From NCBI GenBank assembly GCA_963777505.1, contig CAVZQN010000001.1, forward strand, positions 128,001 through 192,000: a DNA stretch of 64,000 bases, in the 5' to 3' direction. The notes below the pieces were generated by a model that saw only the letters and a program-made list of their open reading frames with translations, did no database searches and was not told where the DNA came from. This document shows positions 31,744 to 41,348 of this stretch, one piece after another. The stretch comes from an uncultured bacterium. Its GTDB lineage: Bacteria; Acidobacteriota; HRBIN11; JAKEFK01. Every line of letters begins with the position of its first letter. Within the stretch, counting starts at the first letter, position 1. The position numbers were made by a program, and so were the translations under genes.

Positions 31744-32877
31744 ATGACAAGTGTGAACTCGTTACTAAAGTCCGCTCTTCTAGGTGAATCTGTTTCCTGG
31801 AACGATTCTTCCAACACCAATGACCATCAGCGCTTTCTAGACTTCACACTGCAGAACGGGATCCAGCCGCTGCTTTATTATTTTTTGCGCCAATCAGGAT
31901 CTCTGGAAAAATGGCCTTCAACGATACGCACTTCTATCGAAAATGAGGCAAAAAGACAGATCGCAATTGACGTCCTGAGGCAGGCCAATCTCCAGGAGGT
32001 TTTAAAAGCTTTTGCGGAGCAAAATATTTTCCCGCTATTGATTAAAGGGACTCCTCTCTCATATATCTATTACGCTGATTCCAGTTTGCGGCCGCGCTGC
32101 GATACGGACCTGCTAATCCGAAAAAATGATCTGAATACTGTAGAAACAATCCTTGCGAAATTCGGATACTCCCGTTCCAATTCTGTTAGTGGTGATTTCA
32201 TTCGGCATCAATTTCTGTATTCAAAACCAGGCCCCAATGGAATTGGTTGTGATTTAGATGTTCACTGGAAGATCAGCAATCCGATTCTCTTTGCCGACAT
32301 GCTTACGTTCGACGAACTTCAATCGAAAGGAATCGGAATCCCCAGCTTAAGCGAATACGCTCGAACAGTATCACCTGTTGATTCGCTACTGCTGGCATGT
32401 CTTCATCGAGTAGCGCATCACAAGAGCACCGAACGGCTGATCTGGCTCTACGATATCCATTTGATGGCAGACAGAATGACAGAAAGCGAGTTTGACGAAT
32501 TCTGGAAAAGAGCCTCACAAAAAAAGCTTAAGAGTATTTGTCTGGATGGATTAATCACGGCTAAATCATGGTTCAACACGAAATTCCCGGAAGTTCAAAC
32601 CGATCAACAGGGTGGTCAGAGAGTTTACGACTCGATAGAACCATCCGCACAGTATCTTCACTCAGATCTCCGAAACCTTGATTTGTTGCTGATGAATTTA
32701 CGGCATCATTCAGGCTGGGACAAAATACAGTTGTTGAAAGAGAATCTATTCCCCCCTGCCAGCTACATGCTGCAACACTACAACGTTTCAAAACGACTTT
32801 TGCTGCCTGGGCTTTATTTGCATCGAAGCATAACCGGAGCCTGGAAGTGGTTTCAAAAACCACATCAGAAAGGGTGA
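31744..32877 (+). CDS. Nucleotidyltransferase family protein of the type found in lasso/RRE clusters
   Basis: LLIKG, Y...LR..CDTDLL, LDVHW, L.WLYDI motifs of the uncharacterised NTP_transf_5-like family. Confidence 0.85.
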   Translation: MTSVNSLLKSALLGESVSWNDSSNTNDHQRFLDFTLQNGIQPLLYYFLRQSGSLEKWPSTIRTSIENEAKRQIAIDVLRQANLQEVLKAFAEQNIFPLLIKGTPLSYIYYADSSLRPRCDTDLLIRKNDLNTVETILAKFGYSRSNSVSGDFIRHQFLYSKPGPNGIGCDLDVHWKISNPILFADMLTFDELQSKGIGIPSLSEYARTVSPVDSLLLACLHRVAHHKSTERLIWLYDIHLMADRMTESEFDEFWKRASQKKLKSICLDGLITAKSWFNTKFPEVQTDQQGGQRVYDSIEPSAQYLHSDLRNLDLLLMNLRHHSGWDKIQLLKENLFPPASYMLQHYNVSKRLLLPGLYLHRSITGAWKWFQKPHQKG

Positions 32878-32885
32878 GCGAAAGA

Positions 32886-33593
32886 TTATTTCTCCGCTAC
32901 TACAAACGCGTGTAATGCGAACCACTTGAGCAATACATTTGCATAATCCAAAAAGTGAAGCCTGATCGGAGGTCTGCCTGGAAACGGAAGATAATGGCCA
33001 ATTCCCTGCACCCGTTTTACTTTCAAACCAGCTTGTTTTGTCCAACCCAGCAACGTAGGTAAGAGGAAAAAATTATTAATCGGCTGCCCGTGTTCTTTAT
33101 ATTCACGGCCTCTTGCCTTCAGATAAATGCGGTAGAGTCCCATTGTATTCATATAGTTTGGGCAAGTTAAGATTAGTTTGCCTCCACGTCTAAGAACTCT
33201 GGCAAGTTCAGCAAGTGCCTGCTTTGGGTCAGGAACATGCTCAATAGTTTCCAGCGAAATCACTGTATCAAATGTTCCATCGGAGTGAGGCAGATTTTGT
33301 ATGTCACAGACCTCCCATTTGATTTTCAAATCGTTTTTCTGCGCAAATACTTTGCCCATGCTGATCGCGGTCCTGGAAAAATCTGCAGCGGTAATAGAGA
33401 AAGGCTGAAAATTTTGACGTGCAAGCCAGCAAGAAAACCCACCTCTGCCGCAAGCAATCTCCAACACATTTTTTTCGCCCGTGACATTTTCATTTTTCAT
33501 GAAACCCTTCACAAGTTGATGCCACGGTGCATTTGTATCTTCATCTATTGCAAGAGAGGAATGCCATTCCTCGTACTCTGCGCGAACATTCAT
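32886..33593 (-). CDS. Class I SAM-dependent methyltransferase
   Basis: VLEIACGRG, DFS, LP..DGTFD, ETIEHV, ELARVL..GG. Confidence 0.9.
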   Translation of the reverse strand: MNVRAEYEEWHSSLAIDEDTNAPWHQLVKGFMKNENVTGEKNVLEIACGRGGFSCWLARQNFQPFSITAADFSRTAISMGKVFAQKNDLKIKWEVCDIQNLPHSDGTFDTVISLETIEHVPDPKQALAELARVLRRGGKLILTCPNYMNTMGLYRIYLKARGREYKEHGQPINNFFLLPTLLGWTKQAGLKVKRVQGIGHYLPFPGRPPIRLHFLDYANVLLKWFALHAFVVAEK

Positions 33594-33915
33594 ACGCTTT
33601 CCAAATTAACCGTCATTCTCGCATAGTTAACCAGCGATTTTTCAAAAATACGAATCCTGTTTTCGCCTTCAGTAAATCGATTCTGTGTTATGATAGATTC
33701 AGTTGTAAGTGGTTCAAATCAAGCAACTTACTAGCAAAATATCCTGTAAGTGAGGGGGCGGAGCTCTGAATTTTGGGGTAAGAGCCAGACTTGGTGTAGG
33801 TTCCTGGCTTCGTTCGTAGGGATGTTACGATCGATCAGTCTCTTTCAAGCTTCTGGAAAGAAGAGAAAATGAGACGGTTTTTGGATACGAAAACCTATTT
33901 CAGATTTCTCTTGTA

Positions 33916-35340
33916 TTGATCTTTCTCCTCAATTTTTTCCTCCTCTACCCTCCCACCTACGCGATTTCAGACGAAGCGATTTATTTTGCAATGGCTCATG
34001 TAATCAGCGACGGTGAATTGTTCCCTGACGAAACTGATTATTTTGTTCCCAACACACTGCAAGGAGCCGGGCATCGTCTTAGCTATCCGCCTTTAGGTTG
34101 GCCTGTCCTTCTTTCACCGCTGCACATATTTGGCTGGAAATCCTTTTTCCTTTTACCTCTAGTCCTTCACCTCATTGGATATTACTACTTCAGAAAGATT
34201 CTGCTCCAATTGGAAATCGATTCGGCTTTTTCTTTTCTTTACCTGCTTTACCCAACGTTTGTTTTTCACAGCAGAACCTTAATGGCCGATCTTCCGGCTG
34301 CCGTATTCTTCTTGATCGGGTTTTATTACTCAATTCAGAATCAAAAGTGGGAGTTGTTACTTGCAGGCATCTGTTTTGGAATAAGCCTGTGGATTCGTTA
34401 CGCCTCGGTTGTGGTCATAATAGCTTTGGTTGCAACACTTGTTTTTCGCGATTGGAAAAACAACGAATCTGTCAAAAACCATCGAATCATTCCTTTGTTA
34501 TGTGGATTTGCTCCATTCGTTCTATTATTGGCGGCTTATCATTCTCTTGCGCTGGGAAGTCCATTTGTTACTGGATATCACAGGATTGGCATTCCGGTTG
34601 CAAGCTCCTTTTCAGTTGATTATTTTCTGCAGCATTTTCCGAAATATTTCTCGATCTTAAACATCATTTATCCCTTAATGGCCATTTCATTGTTCTTTTA
34701 TAAAGGCAAGCGAAAGGCTGAACTTTACAGTTGTATTCTTCTGTTGTTGCTATTTTATTCCGCTCGCTTCTGGTTTGATTCAGGCACAAATATCATTCAA
34801 ACAGCAATTAAGAGTTTGCGTTTCCTTCTTCCGATTATTCCGTTGCTTTTACTGAGTTATATGTACTGTTTAGATACTTATGTTTTTAGCAGAATAAACA
34901 ATGGCAAGAAATGGGGGCTTGCGATTGTATGTTCAATTTGCCTGAGTGCTGTTGCATTTGGCATTCAATATAAACATCAGGAATATTTGATAAGACAAAA
35001 GCACTTTTCTGACTTAATTTACGAAAAAACTTTGGAAAATTCCTCAATAATCGCGAACATGGAAATAATCGAAATGCTTCAGACCGCATGGGGTAACCGT
35101 AAAGTTATCGAATACGATTTATCTGCGATAACAAAAGCTACAAAAGAAAGCGGAGCTAACGTTTATTTTATTACGAACAATAAAGCAGAAAGACAGGAAC
35201 TGAAAAATCAGAATTTGTACTTCCTGGCGGAACTACAAAAGCATTATTCTGTAAACGAAATTTCAAGCATTGATGATAAAGGATGGGAGTTAAGTATTTA
35301 TAAGCTTTCCGCTCACAAGACTTTTCCCTCTCAGAATTAA
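33916..35340 (+). CDS. GT-C fold (ArnT/PMT-like) membrane glycosyltransferase
   Basis: Multi-TM, SDEAIY, YPP, MAD.P, R.FLLP.IP motifs; the true start is probably slightly upstream (possible indel). Confidence 0.7.
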   Translation: MIFLLNFFLLYPPTYAISDEAIYFAMAHVISDGELFPDETDYFVPNTLQGAGHRLSYPPLGWPVLLSPLHIFGWKSFFLLPLVLHLIGYYYFRKILLQLEIDSAFSFLYLLYPTFVFHSRTLMADLPAAVFFLIGFYYSIQNQKWELLLAGICFGISLWIRYASVVVIIALVATLVFRDWKNNESVKNHRIIPLLCGFAPFVLLLAAYHSLALGSPFVTGYHRIGIPVASSFSVDYFLQHFPKYFSILNIIYPLMAISLFFYKGKRKAELYSCILLLLLFYSARFWFDSGTNIIQTAIKSLRFLLPIIPLLLLSYMYCLDTYVFSRINNGKKWGLAIVCSICLSAVAFGIQYKHQEYLIRQKHFSDLIYEKTLENSSIIANMEIIEMLQTAWGNRKVIEYDLSAITKATKESGANVYFITNNKAERQELKNQNLYFLAELQKHYSVNEISSIDDKGWELSIYKLSAHKTFPSQN

Positions 35341-35365
35341 AGGAATTCTCGCAAAAACACCTCTC

Positions 35366-36487
35366 GTGAAAATACTTTTTGTTATTCACACGCCAAAAAA
35401 TCCTTTTACCGCCGTTTATACTCTCCACAGTCAATTACAGACTTACCTGGATGCCAGAGGTCATCAAAACTCCATGCTGGCTCCACAAGATTTTTCAACA
35501 CTAACTCGATTTCCAGCACGGTTCTTTCCTCTCTTGTATCCATTTTGGGTAGCCTGGCGGCTAAGGCAAGAACGCAGCACTTACGATCTTGCAGTCTTCC
35601 ATAGCTATAGTGGCTGGTTATTCAATCTAATGCGACGCCTTATTCCAAGTTATAGAAATATTAAAACCATCACATCGTTTCATGGATTGGAACCTCTGTA
35701 CTATGAAGCATTAAAGGAAGAGACGCGAATCAATGGTCGTTCGCTAACGCTGCGCTATTCGCTTGTCCATGGCAAATTAATGTTGTGGTTGATCCGTTTA
35801 AGTTGCCGGCTCTCTGACAGGGTCCTTTGCCTCAACTCTGAAGAGCAAACCTATATGTTGAAAAACAAATGGGTCGATAAATCCCAGATCATGATTCACT
35901 CCAATGGTGTTCCTCAACAATTCTTCATCGATCGGCAGCATCCAATTCGCGCGCGACGTTTACTTTTTGTCGGACAGTGGCAGGAAAGTAAAGGAATACG
36001 ATATCTGATTGAGGCTTTCAAAATTCTCATACGCGATTTTGATGATCTCGAACTGAATTGTGTCGGAACATTGACCGAAGATAGCAAAGTCTTGTCCAGT
36101 TTCCCGGAAGAATTGCGAAGCCGGGTGGTCAATCGTTCCAACGTATCGCACACGGAAATTTCGGATGTATATAAAGATGCTGACATCTTTGTTCTGCCTA
36201 CACTCTTCGAGGGATTCAGCATCGCCTTACTTGAGGCAATGGCTACTGGTACTCCAATTGTAACGACTCCAGCAGGCGCATCTTCAGAACTTCTGACGAA
36301 TGGAGTGAATGCGCTGGTTGTAAACAAACGTGATCCCGTTGCACTTGCGGAATCAGTACGAAGGCTAATTGAGAGTCAAGATTTGCGCCAACAAATGGGT
36401 CGTGAGGCTCAAACAACAGCATCACACTATGAACTCGGAAAGGTACATCAACGAACCCTTTCCATTCTTGAAACAACTCTTCAATGA
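35366..36487 (+). CDS. GT4 glycosyltransferase
   Basis: LFVGQ...KG, EGFSIALLEAMA (EX7E). Confidence 0.92.
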   Translation: MKILFVIHTPKNPFTAVYTLHSQLQTYLDARGHQNSMLAPQDFSTLTRFPARFFPLLYPFWVAWRLRQERSTYDLAVFHSYSGWLFNLMRRLIPSYRNIKTITSFHGLEPLYYEALKEETRINGRSLTLRYSLVHGKLMLWLIRLSCRLSDRVLCLNSEEQTYMLKNKWVDKSQIMIHSNGVPQQFFIDRQHPIRARRLLFVGQWQESKGIRYLIEAFKILIRDFDDLELNCVGTLTEDSKVLSSFPEELRSRVVNRSNVSHTEISDVYKDADIFVLPTLFEGFSIALLEAMATGTPIVTTPAGASSELLTNGVNALVVNKRDPVALAESVRRLIESQDLRQQMGREAQTTASHYELGKVHQRTLSILETTLQ

Positions 36488-37683
36488 AGATTGTTCACAT
36501 CTCTATCGAATGTTCTTCGAATGGTGGCGTGGGTACGTACATCTGCAATCTTCTCCCTTCACTTCAATCTGCTGGTCACGAGGTCAGCATCATTCATGCG
36601 GACGCAAACTCAGATCCTTCTTTAAAAGAAGTGCAGCAATTTTATGTGAAAGACTTTGACAGCAATAAAAATGAACGATCAGCTTCACATGTCATCGAAA
36701 TTCTAAAGTCCATCAACCCTGGTATCGTTCACATTCAGGGTTGCAATAACTTTTATCTTGAATCTGAAATCAGGAAGCAATTTCATTCGATTAAGACTCT
36801 TCATGTCTACGATTTTTGTCCCAGTGGAAACAAGTTTCACCATGCTTTACAAAAAGCCTGTGTTCACCCAACTGGTGCAATGTGCGTTCCGAGAATGATT
36901 TACAAAAGATGTACTTTGTCGAAACGCCCATCTGTAATTTGGAAACACTACCGGCGCGCAGTAGAAGCGAATCAAAACAATCTTCAATACAAGAGACTGA
37001 TCGTTGCATCCGAACACGTGAAAATACAAGCTGTCGCTTCCGGGTATTCCGCTAATCAAATCGAAGTTGTTCCTTATTTCACAAAGCTTCCTCCTATAAA
37101 TTCCATGACCTCATCGGGAGAAAACAAAGTGCTTTTCACCGGAAGAATCGTTCGGGAAAAAGGGGTGAGGAAATTACTCGCCGCGTTCAAACAGTTACGT
37201 ACACCCGCGCAACTGGTAATCGCGGGTGAAGGCGCCGACCTTCCCAAATTGAAAAGCTTGAGCAAAGAATTCGGAATTGGAAATAGAGTTTGCTTTACAG
37301 GCTGGGTGAACCCCGATCAAAGAGATGAACTGTACAGAAACTCATCTCTTGTTGTTGTCCCTTCTGTTTGGCCTGAGCCGTTCGGAATTGTGGGTATCGA
37401 AGCAATGAGCTACGCAAAACCTGTCGTAGCTTTTCAAGTAGGTGGTATTTCAGAGTGGCTCGATGATGGCAAGACCGGCTTCCTGGTCGCGCCATACGAT
37501 GTAGCAGAAATGTCAAAAAGGATTGATTCACTATTGCAGCAAAAAGATCTTGCGCGCGAAATGGGAATGTTGGGACGCGCGAAAGTAGAACAACAATTTA
37601 GCGAAGCACAACACATTCACCGCTTGTCAGAAACATATAACAATGTGATCGATTCACGAAGCCTGAAACGGATCTCAATTTGA
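36484..37683 (+). CDS. GT4 glycosyltransferase
   Basis: DFCP...C...C insert, GRIVREKG, EPFGIVGIEAM. Confidence 0.92.
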   Translation: MKIVHISIECSSNGGVGTYICNLLPSLQSAGHEVSIIHADANSDPSLKEVQQFYVKDFDSNKNERSASHVIEILKSINPGIVHIQGCNNFYLESEIRKQFHSIKTLHVYDFCPSGNKFHHALQKACVHPTGAMCVPRMIYKRCTLSKRPSVIWKHYRRAVEANQNNLQYKRLIVASEHVKIQAVASGYSANQIEVVPYFTKLPPINSMTSSGENKVLFTGRIVREKGVRKLLAAFKQLRTPAQLVIAGEGADLPKLKSLSKEFGIGNRVCFTGWVNPDQRDELYRNSSLVVVPSVWPEPFGIVGIEAMSYAKPVVAFQVGGISEWLDDGKTGFLVAPYDVAEMSKRIDSLLQQKDLAREMGMLGRAKVEQQFSEAQHIHRLSETYNNVIDSRSLKRISI

Positions 37684-39107
37684 CCAACTTTGTTCTTGAT
37701 CCACACCGCTGGAAACGAAACAGCATCTTCATTCTGCTGAATCAGTTTCTGGGACTAATCATTACGATTTTGATGGCACCCCTGATTGCACGCCACTTAG
37801 GACCAGCTTCGTATGGACTGATGAACTGGGTAATCGCGTATGTAACATTTTTCCAGGTTTCAACAACAATTGGTTCGGCACAAATCGGAATTAGAGAAAT
37901 ATCTCAGAATCCTGAAGAAAGTTCCGACCTCATGATTCATTTGTTTCTCTTAAATCTTTTCGGTGGGCTCATCGGTTATCTTTTGGCAATAGCATTATCG
38001 CTGCTTGTTGGATACTCCTTCTACCAGCTTCAACTCGTTCTGCTCTGGGGACTCTGTTTAGTATTGCTCCCTCTTGGAAATCTTGGTCTTTTTTTAAGCG
38101 CTTCTTTGCAATCCGAACGTCTCTTATGGCCTGCTATCGCAAGTAACACTGTCCTGATCATTGCGTACTTTGAAGCGCTGCGACGAAATGGTGATGTTCG
38201 TTTTTTTCTGCTTGCTTCCTTAGGGTCACAACTACTTCTTCAGATTTTTACTATCTTCGTTGGCCGGAAATACCTTCACCGAATCAAACGATTTGATTGG
38301 TCAAAGATGCGGATGTTTTTTTGGGAGTCGCTTCCTCTAAACCTGATGACACTTTTGATGTGCCTGGTAAATCGCGTTGACATAGTGCTTTTGGAACGAT
38401 TTTCTGGATCGCATGATGTGGGAGTTTACTCTGCTGCAGGCAGAGTAATACAAGCTTTTACATATGTACCTCAAGCTGTGGCGGCTTCACTCCTTCCGGC
38501 TCTCGCAATTGTTGGAAAGCAGAAAGATACTGGCTCCATTCAGGCCTACAGAGAATCCCGGCAGATTCTGCTTGCTCTAGGATTGTTCGTTCCAGTGATG
38601 GCTCTTTTTCGCGGCGACGCCATTATGAAATTGCTTTTTGGTGAAGCATTTAAAGAATCTGTCATTCTTTTTCAAATACTATCTTTCACCGTTCCAATGA
38701 TCTGTATTGGAATCTTACCGAGTAACCTTTTAACTGCTCAGGGAAAACAATGGCAGAATCTTAAATTCGTTTCCGCAGCTGCGATTCTTTCAACCGCAGG
38801 AAACATTCTGTTAATTCCTTATCTTGGTATGACCGGCGCTGCAATTACTTCAAATGCCGTATATTTCGTTCTCGTTTCGCTTCAGGTAAGAGCGGGACTG
38901 TCATTACTACCACAGAGTTCTACTTTCCTGAAAGATTTTTTCGTAACGCTTCCTGCTTTAAGCGTTGCCGTGCTTGTCTTCTTTTTCACAAAAGAGTGGC
39001 CTGCGATTCCTGTGCTGGCTTTAACGGCTCTTCTTTATCTGATTATGTTACGTGTTGTCGGCCTCCCTTTATCTTTAAGTCGGCGAACAGCTTTCTCTGA
39101 GCAATGA
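37680..39107 (+). CDS. wzx: Wzx-type polysaccharide flippase
   Basis: Multi-TM, R.LGP..YG, D...L.......VGVYSAA and LIP.LG..GAA motifs. Confidence 0.88.
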   Translation: MTNFVLDPHRWKRNSIFILLNQFLGLIITILMAPLIARHLGPASYGLMNWVIAYVTFFQVSTTIGSAQIGIREISQNPEESSDLMIHLFLLNLFGGLIGYLLAIALSLLVGYSFYQLQLVLLWGLCLVLLPLGNLGLFLSASLQSERLLWPAIASNTVLIIAYFEALRRNGDVRFFLLASLGSQLLLQIFTIFVGRKYLHRIKRFDWSKMRMFFWESLPLNLMTLLMCLVNRVDIVLLERFSGSHDVGVYSAAGRVIQAFTYVPQAVAASLLPALAIVGKQKDTGSIQAYRESRQILLALGLFVPVMALFRGDAIMKLLFGEAFKESVILFQILSFTVPMICIGILPSNLLTAQGKQWQNLKFVSAAAILSTAGNILLIPYLGMTGAAITSNAVYFVLVSLQVRAGLSLLPQSSTFLKDFFVTLPALSVAVLVFFFTKEWPAIPVLALTALLYLIMLRVVGLPLSLSRRTAFSEQ

Positions 39108-40201
39108 AAGTTCTCCATATTACTCCAACTTTTTTCGATGACCGGTCCTACATTGGTGGTGGCGAGCGTTATCCTTATGAGTTGGCAAAAACAATGTCGG
39201 CTCACGCTGACGTTACTTTTCTGAGTTTCGCGGATCACGCATCATCAAGCAAAGACGGCAATCTCAATGTTGAATACATACCCAGAAGCATCCTTTTCAA
39301 TAAACATCCTTTGTTTGGCAATCCGCATTCAATAAAACTGCTGAATCGCATTCGATCGGCCGATGTAATTCATTGCTATCAAGTCCACATGATTGTCACG
39401 GACATCGCAATTGTTCTTTCGAAAATGTTTGGAAAGAAAATTTTTGTTACGGACTTGGGCGGTGGCCACAAATATGCACCTTCGTCTTATTTTCCGATCT
39501 TAAAACTTCCTGACAGTTTTCTGCTGATCTCGCAGTATTCAAAGACTCTATGGCAACAACCGGATTCCGGCGCGCCGAAAAGAATTGAGGTCATTTATGG
39601 CGGAGTAGATCTTGAAAAATTTTCACCTGGTCCAGAGTGCAACAAGGAAAGGGCTCTATTTGTCGGTCGAATTTTACCCCACAAAGGAATTGATTATTTA
39701 GTTGATGCCATCAACAACCATCTATCGCTGGACGTAGTTGGAAGGGTTTATCACAAGAAATATTTTGATTTCCTTAAAGAAAAGAGCAAAGACAAGGACG
39801 TTCATTTTGAAACTAATGTCAACGATGAAGAGCTTGTCAAAAAATATCGCAGCGCTCAGGTGACTGTTCTCCCGTCTGTTTACACAAGTTGCTACGGTAA
39901 CACAACTATCATTCCGGAATTACTTGGGCTTGTCGTACTCGAATCCATGGCGTGTGGCACCCCAGTTATTGTTACGGATGTAGCTGCATTGCCGGAGTTT
40001 GTAGAAAACGGTGTAACTGGTTTTATCGTTCCACCAAATAACCCAAAAGCCATCGAAGAAAAGCTGGATTATCTAAGAACAAATCCTGAGATGGCAATTG
40101 AAATGGGAATGCGTGCAAGGGAAAGCGTGAAAACAAAATTTACATGGAATGCTGTCGCAGAAAGATGCTTGAACGCATACCGTTCCATCTTAATTAGTTA
40201 A
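39104..40201 (+). CDS. GT4 glycosyltransferase
   Basis: GGGERY, FVGRI.PHKG, ELLGLVVLESMACG. Confidence 0.92.
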   Translation: MKVLHITPTFFDDRSYIGGGERYPYELAKTMSAHADVTFLSFADHASSSKDGNLNVEYIPRSILFNKHPLFGNPHSIKLLNRIRSADVIHCYQVHMIVTDIAIVLSKMFGKKIFVTDLGGGHKYAPSSYFPILKLPDSFLLISQYSKTLWQQPDSGAPKRIEVIYGGVDLEKFSPGPECNKERALFVGRILPHKGIDYLVDAINNHLSLDVVGRVYHKKYFDFLKEKSKDKDVHFETNVNDEELVKKYRSAQVTVLPSVYTSCYGNTTIIPELLGLVVLESMACGTPVIVTDVAALPEFVENGVTGFIVPPNNPKAIEEKLDYLRTNPEMAIEMGMRARESVKTKFTWNAVAERCLNAYRSILIS

Positions 40202-40211
40202 ACGCAGTAGT

Positions 40212-41348
40212 ATGAAGGTCTGCATTTTGAGTGGCGCTCCATTGAAAGCAAGTGATGGTGTTGGAGACTTTTCTTATGCTTTGGCAGAAGAACTGAAAAC
40301 AAAACATACCGTCACCCTTCTGGCGCCAAATGCAGACCAAATAAACGCAGACTTCCAGACTTATAGATTACAAGGCAGCTGGGGTTACCGTGGTTGCATG
40401 GAAACGCTTCGGCTAATTCAACGTCTAAAGCCCGATACGATTCTCGTTCAGTTTGTACCGCAGCTTTATGGATTAAAAGGAGCCAGCCCTTTTTTTTCAC
40501 TTCTCCTTAATACGCTCAAAAGAAGAGGTTATAACGTTGTCACAGTGGCTCATGAACTGAATTCTCCTTTTGGACGAACGCCAAAAACAATTTTGCTAGG
40601 GACGGCTCATCGCCTTATGCTTCGTCTCGTTGTGAATGCGAGCAGCAAGATCATCGCAACAACTCCCTTTCGTTTAAATCTTCTGCGAAAACGTTTCCAC
40701 AAAAGAGAATCCTCTTTTCATTGCATCCCGGTGAGTTCTACCATCACTCGATTTCCGGTTGATAAGCAAAAGCAGGCAGCGCTTCGCACCGAGTTAGGGC
40801 TGACTTCAGAACATTTCATTGTTGCAACTTTCGGTAACATGGCTGGAGAAGCAGTCGTATTTTTAAAAACATTTCTAACGTGGCTAGCCAATGAAAATTC
40901 TTTGGCGCGGTTCTTATTCTTAGGAAAAGAAAGTAAATCTTTGAAACAGGAATTCAAAGGCGATATTGCTCTTCATGAAAGGATTTTCGCTACCGGGCAA
41001 ATTAGTGAAGAGCAAATTTCTCAATCCTTGTCTATTAGCGATTTATATGTGGTCTTTTATCCGGACGGAGCGTCAACCCGAAGAACGTCTCTTATGGCCG
41101 GACTTGCACATGGTATGGCCACCGTTTCAAATTCCGGAATTCTTACAGATGCAGATCTCGCATCATCGCAAGCTGTTTATTTGATCAGAGATTTTAGTGA
41201 AAAAGAATTCACTGCACTCAAGGAATCACTTAAAGACAAGAAATGGCTGGAAAATATGCGCCACCAAGCCTTTCAGTATTTCGAGAAGAATTTATCCTGG
41301 CCTAAAATCTCAGCTGATTATTGTCATCTGTTGAAGGGCTCAACATAA
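40212..41348 (+). CDS. GT4-like glycosyltransferase
   Basis: DGVGDF N-terminus, DGASTRRTSLMAGLAHG variant motif. Confidence 0.8.
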   Translation: MKVCILSGAPLKASDGVGDFSYALAEELKTKHTVTLLAPNADQINADFQTYRLQGSWGYRGCMETLRLIQRLKPDTILVQFVPQLYGLKGASPFFSLLLNTLKRRGYNVVTVAHELNSPFGRTPKTILLGTAHRLMLRLVVNASSKIIATTPFRLNLLRKRFHKRESSFHCIPVSSTITRFPVDKQKQAALRTELGLTSEHFIVATFGNMAGEAVVFLKTFLTWLANENSLARFLFLGKESKSLKQEFKGDIALHERIFATGQISEEQISQSLSISDLYVVFYPDGASTRRTSLMAGLAHGMATVSNSGILTDADLASSQAVYLIRDFSEKEFTALKESLKDKKWLENMRHQAFQYFEKNLSWPKISADYCHLLKGST

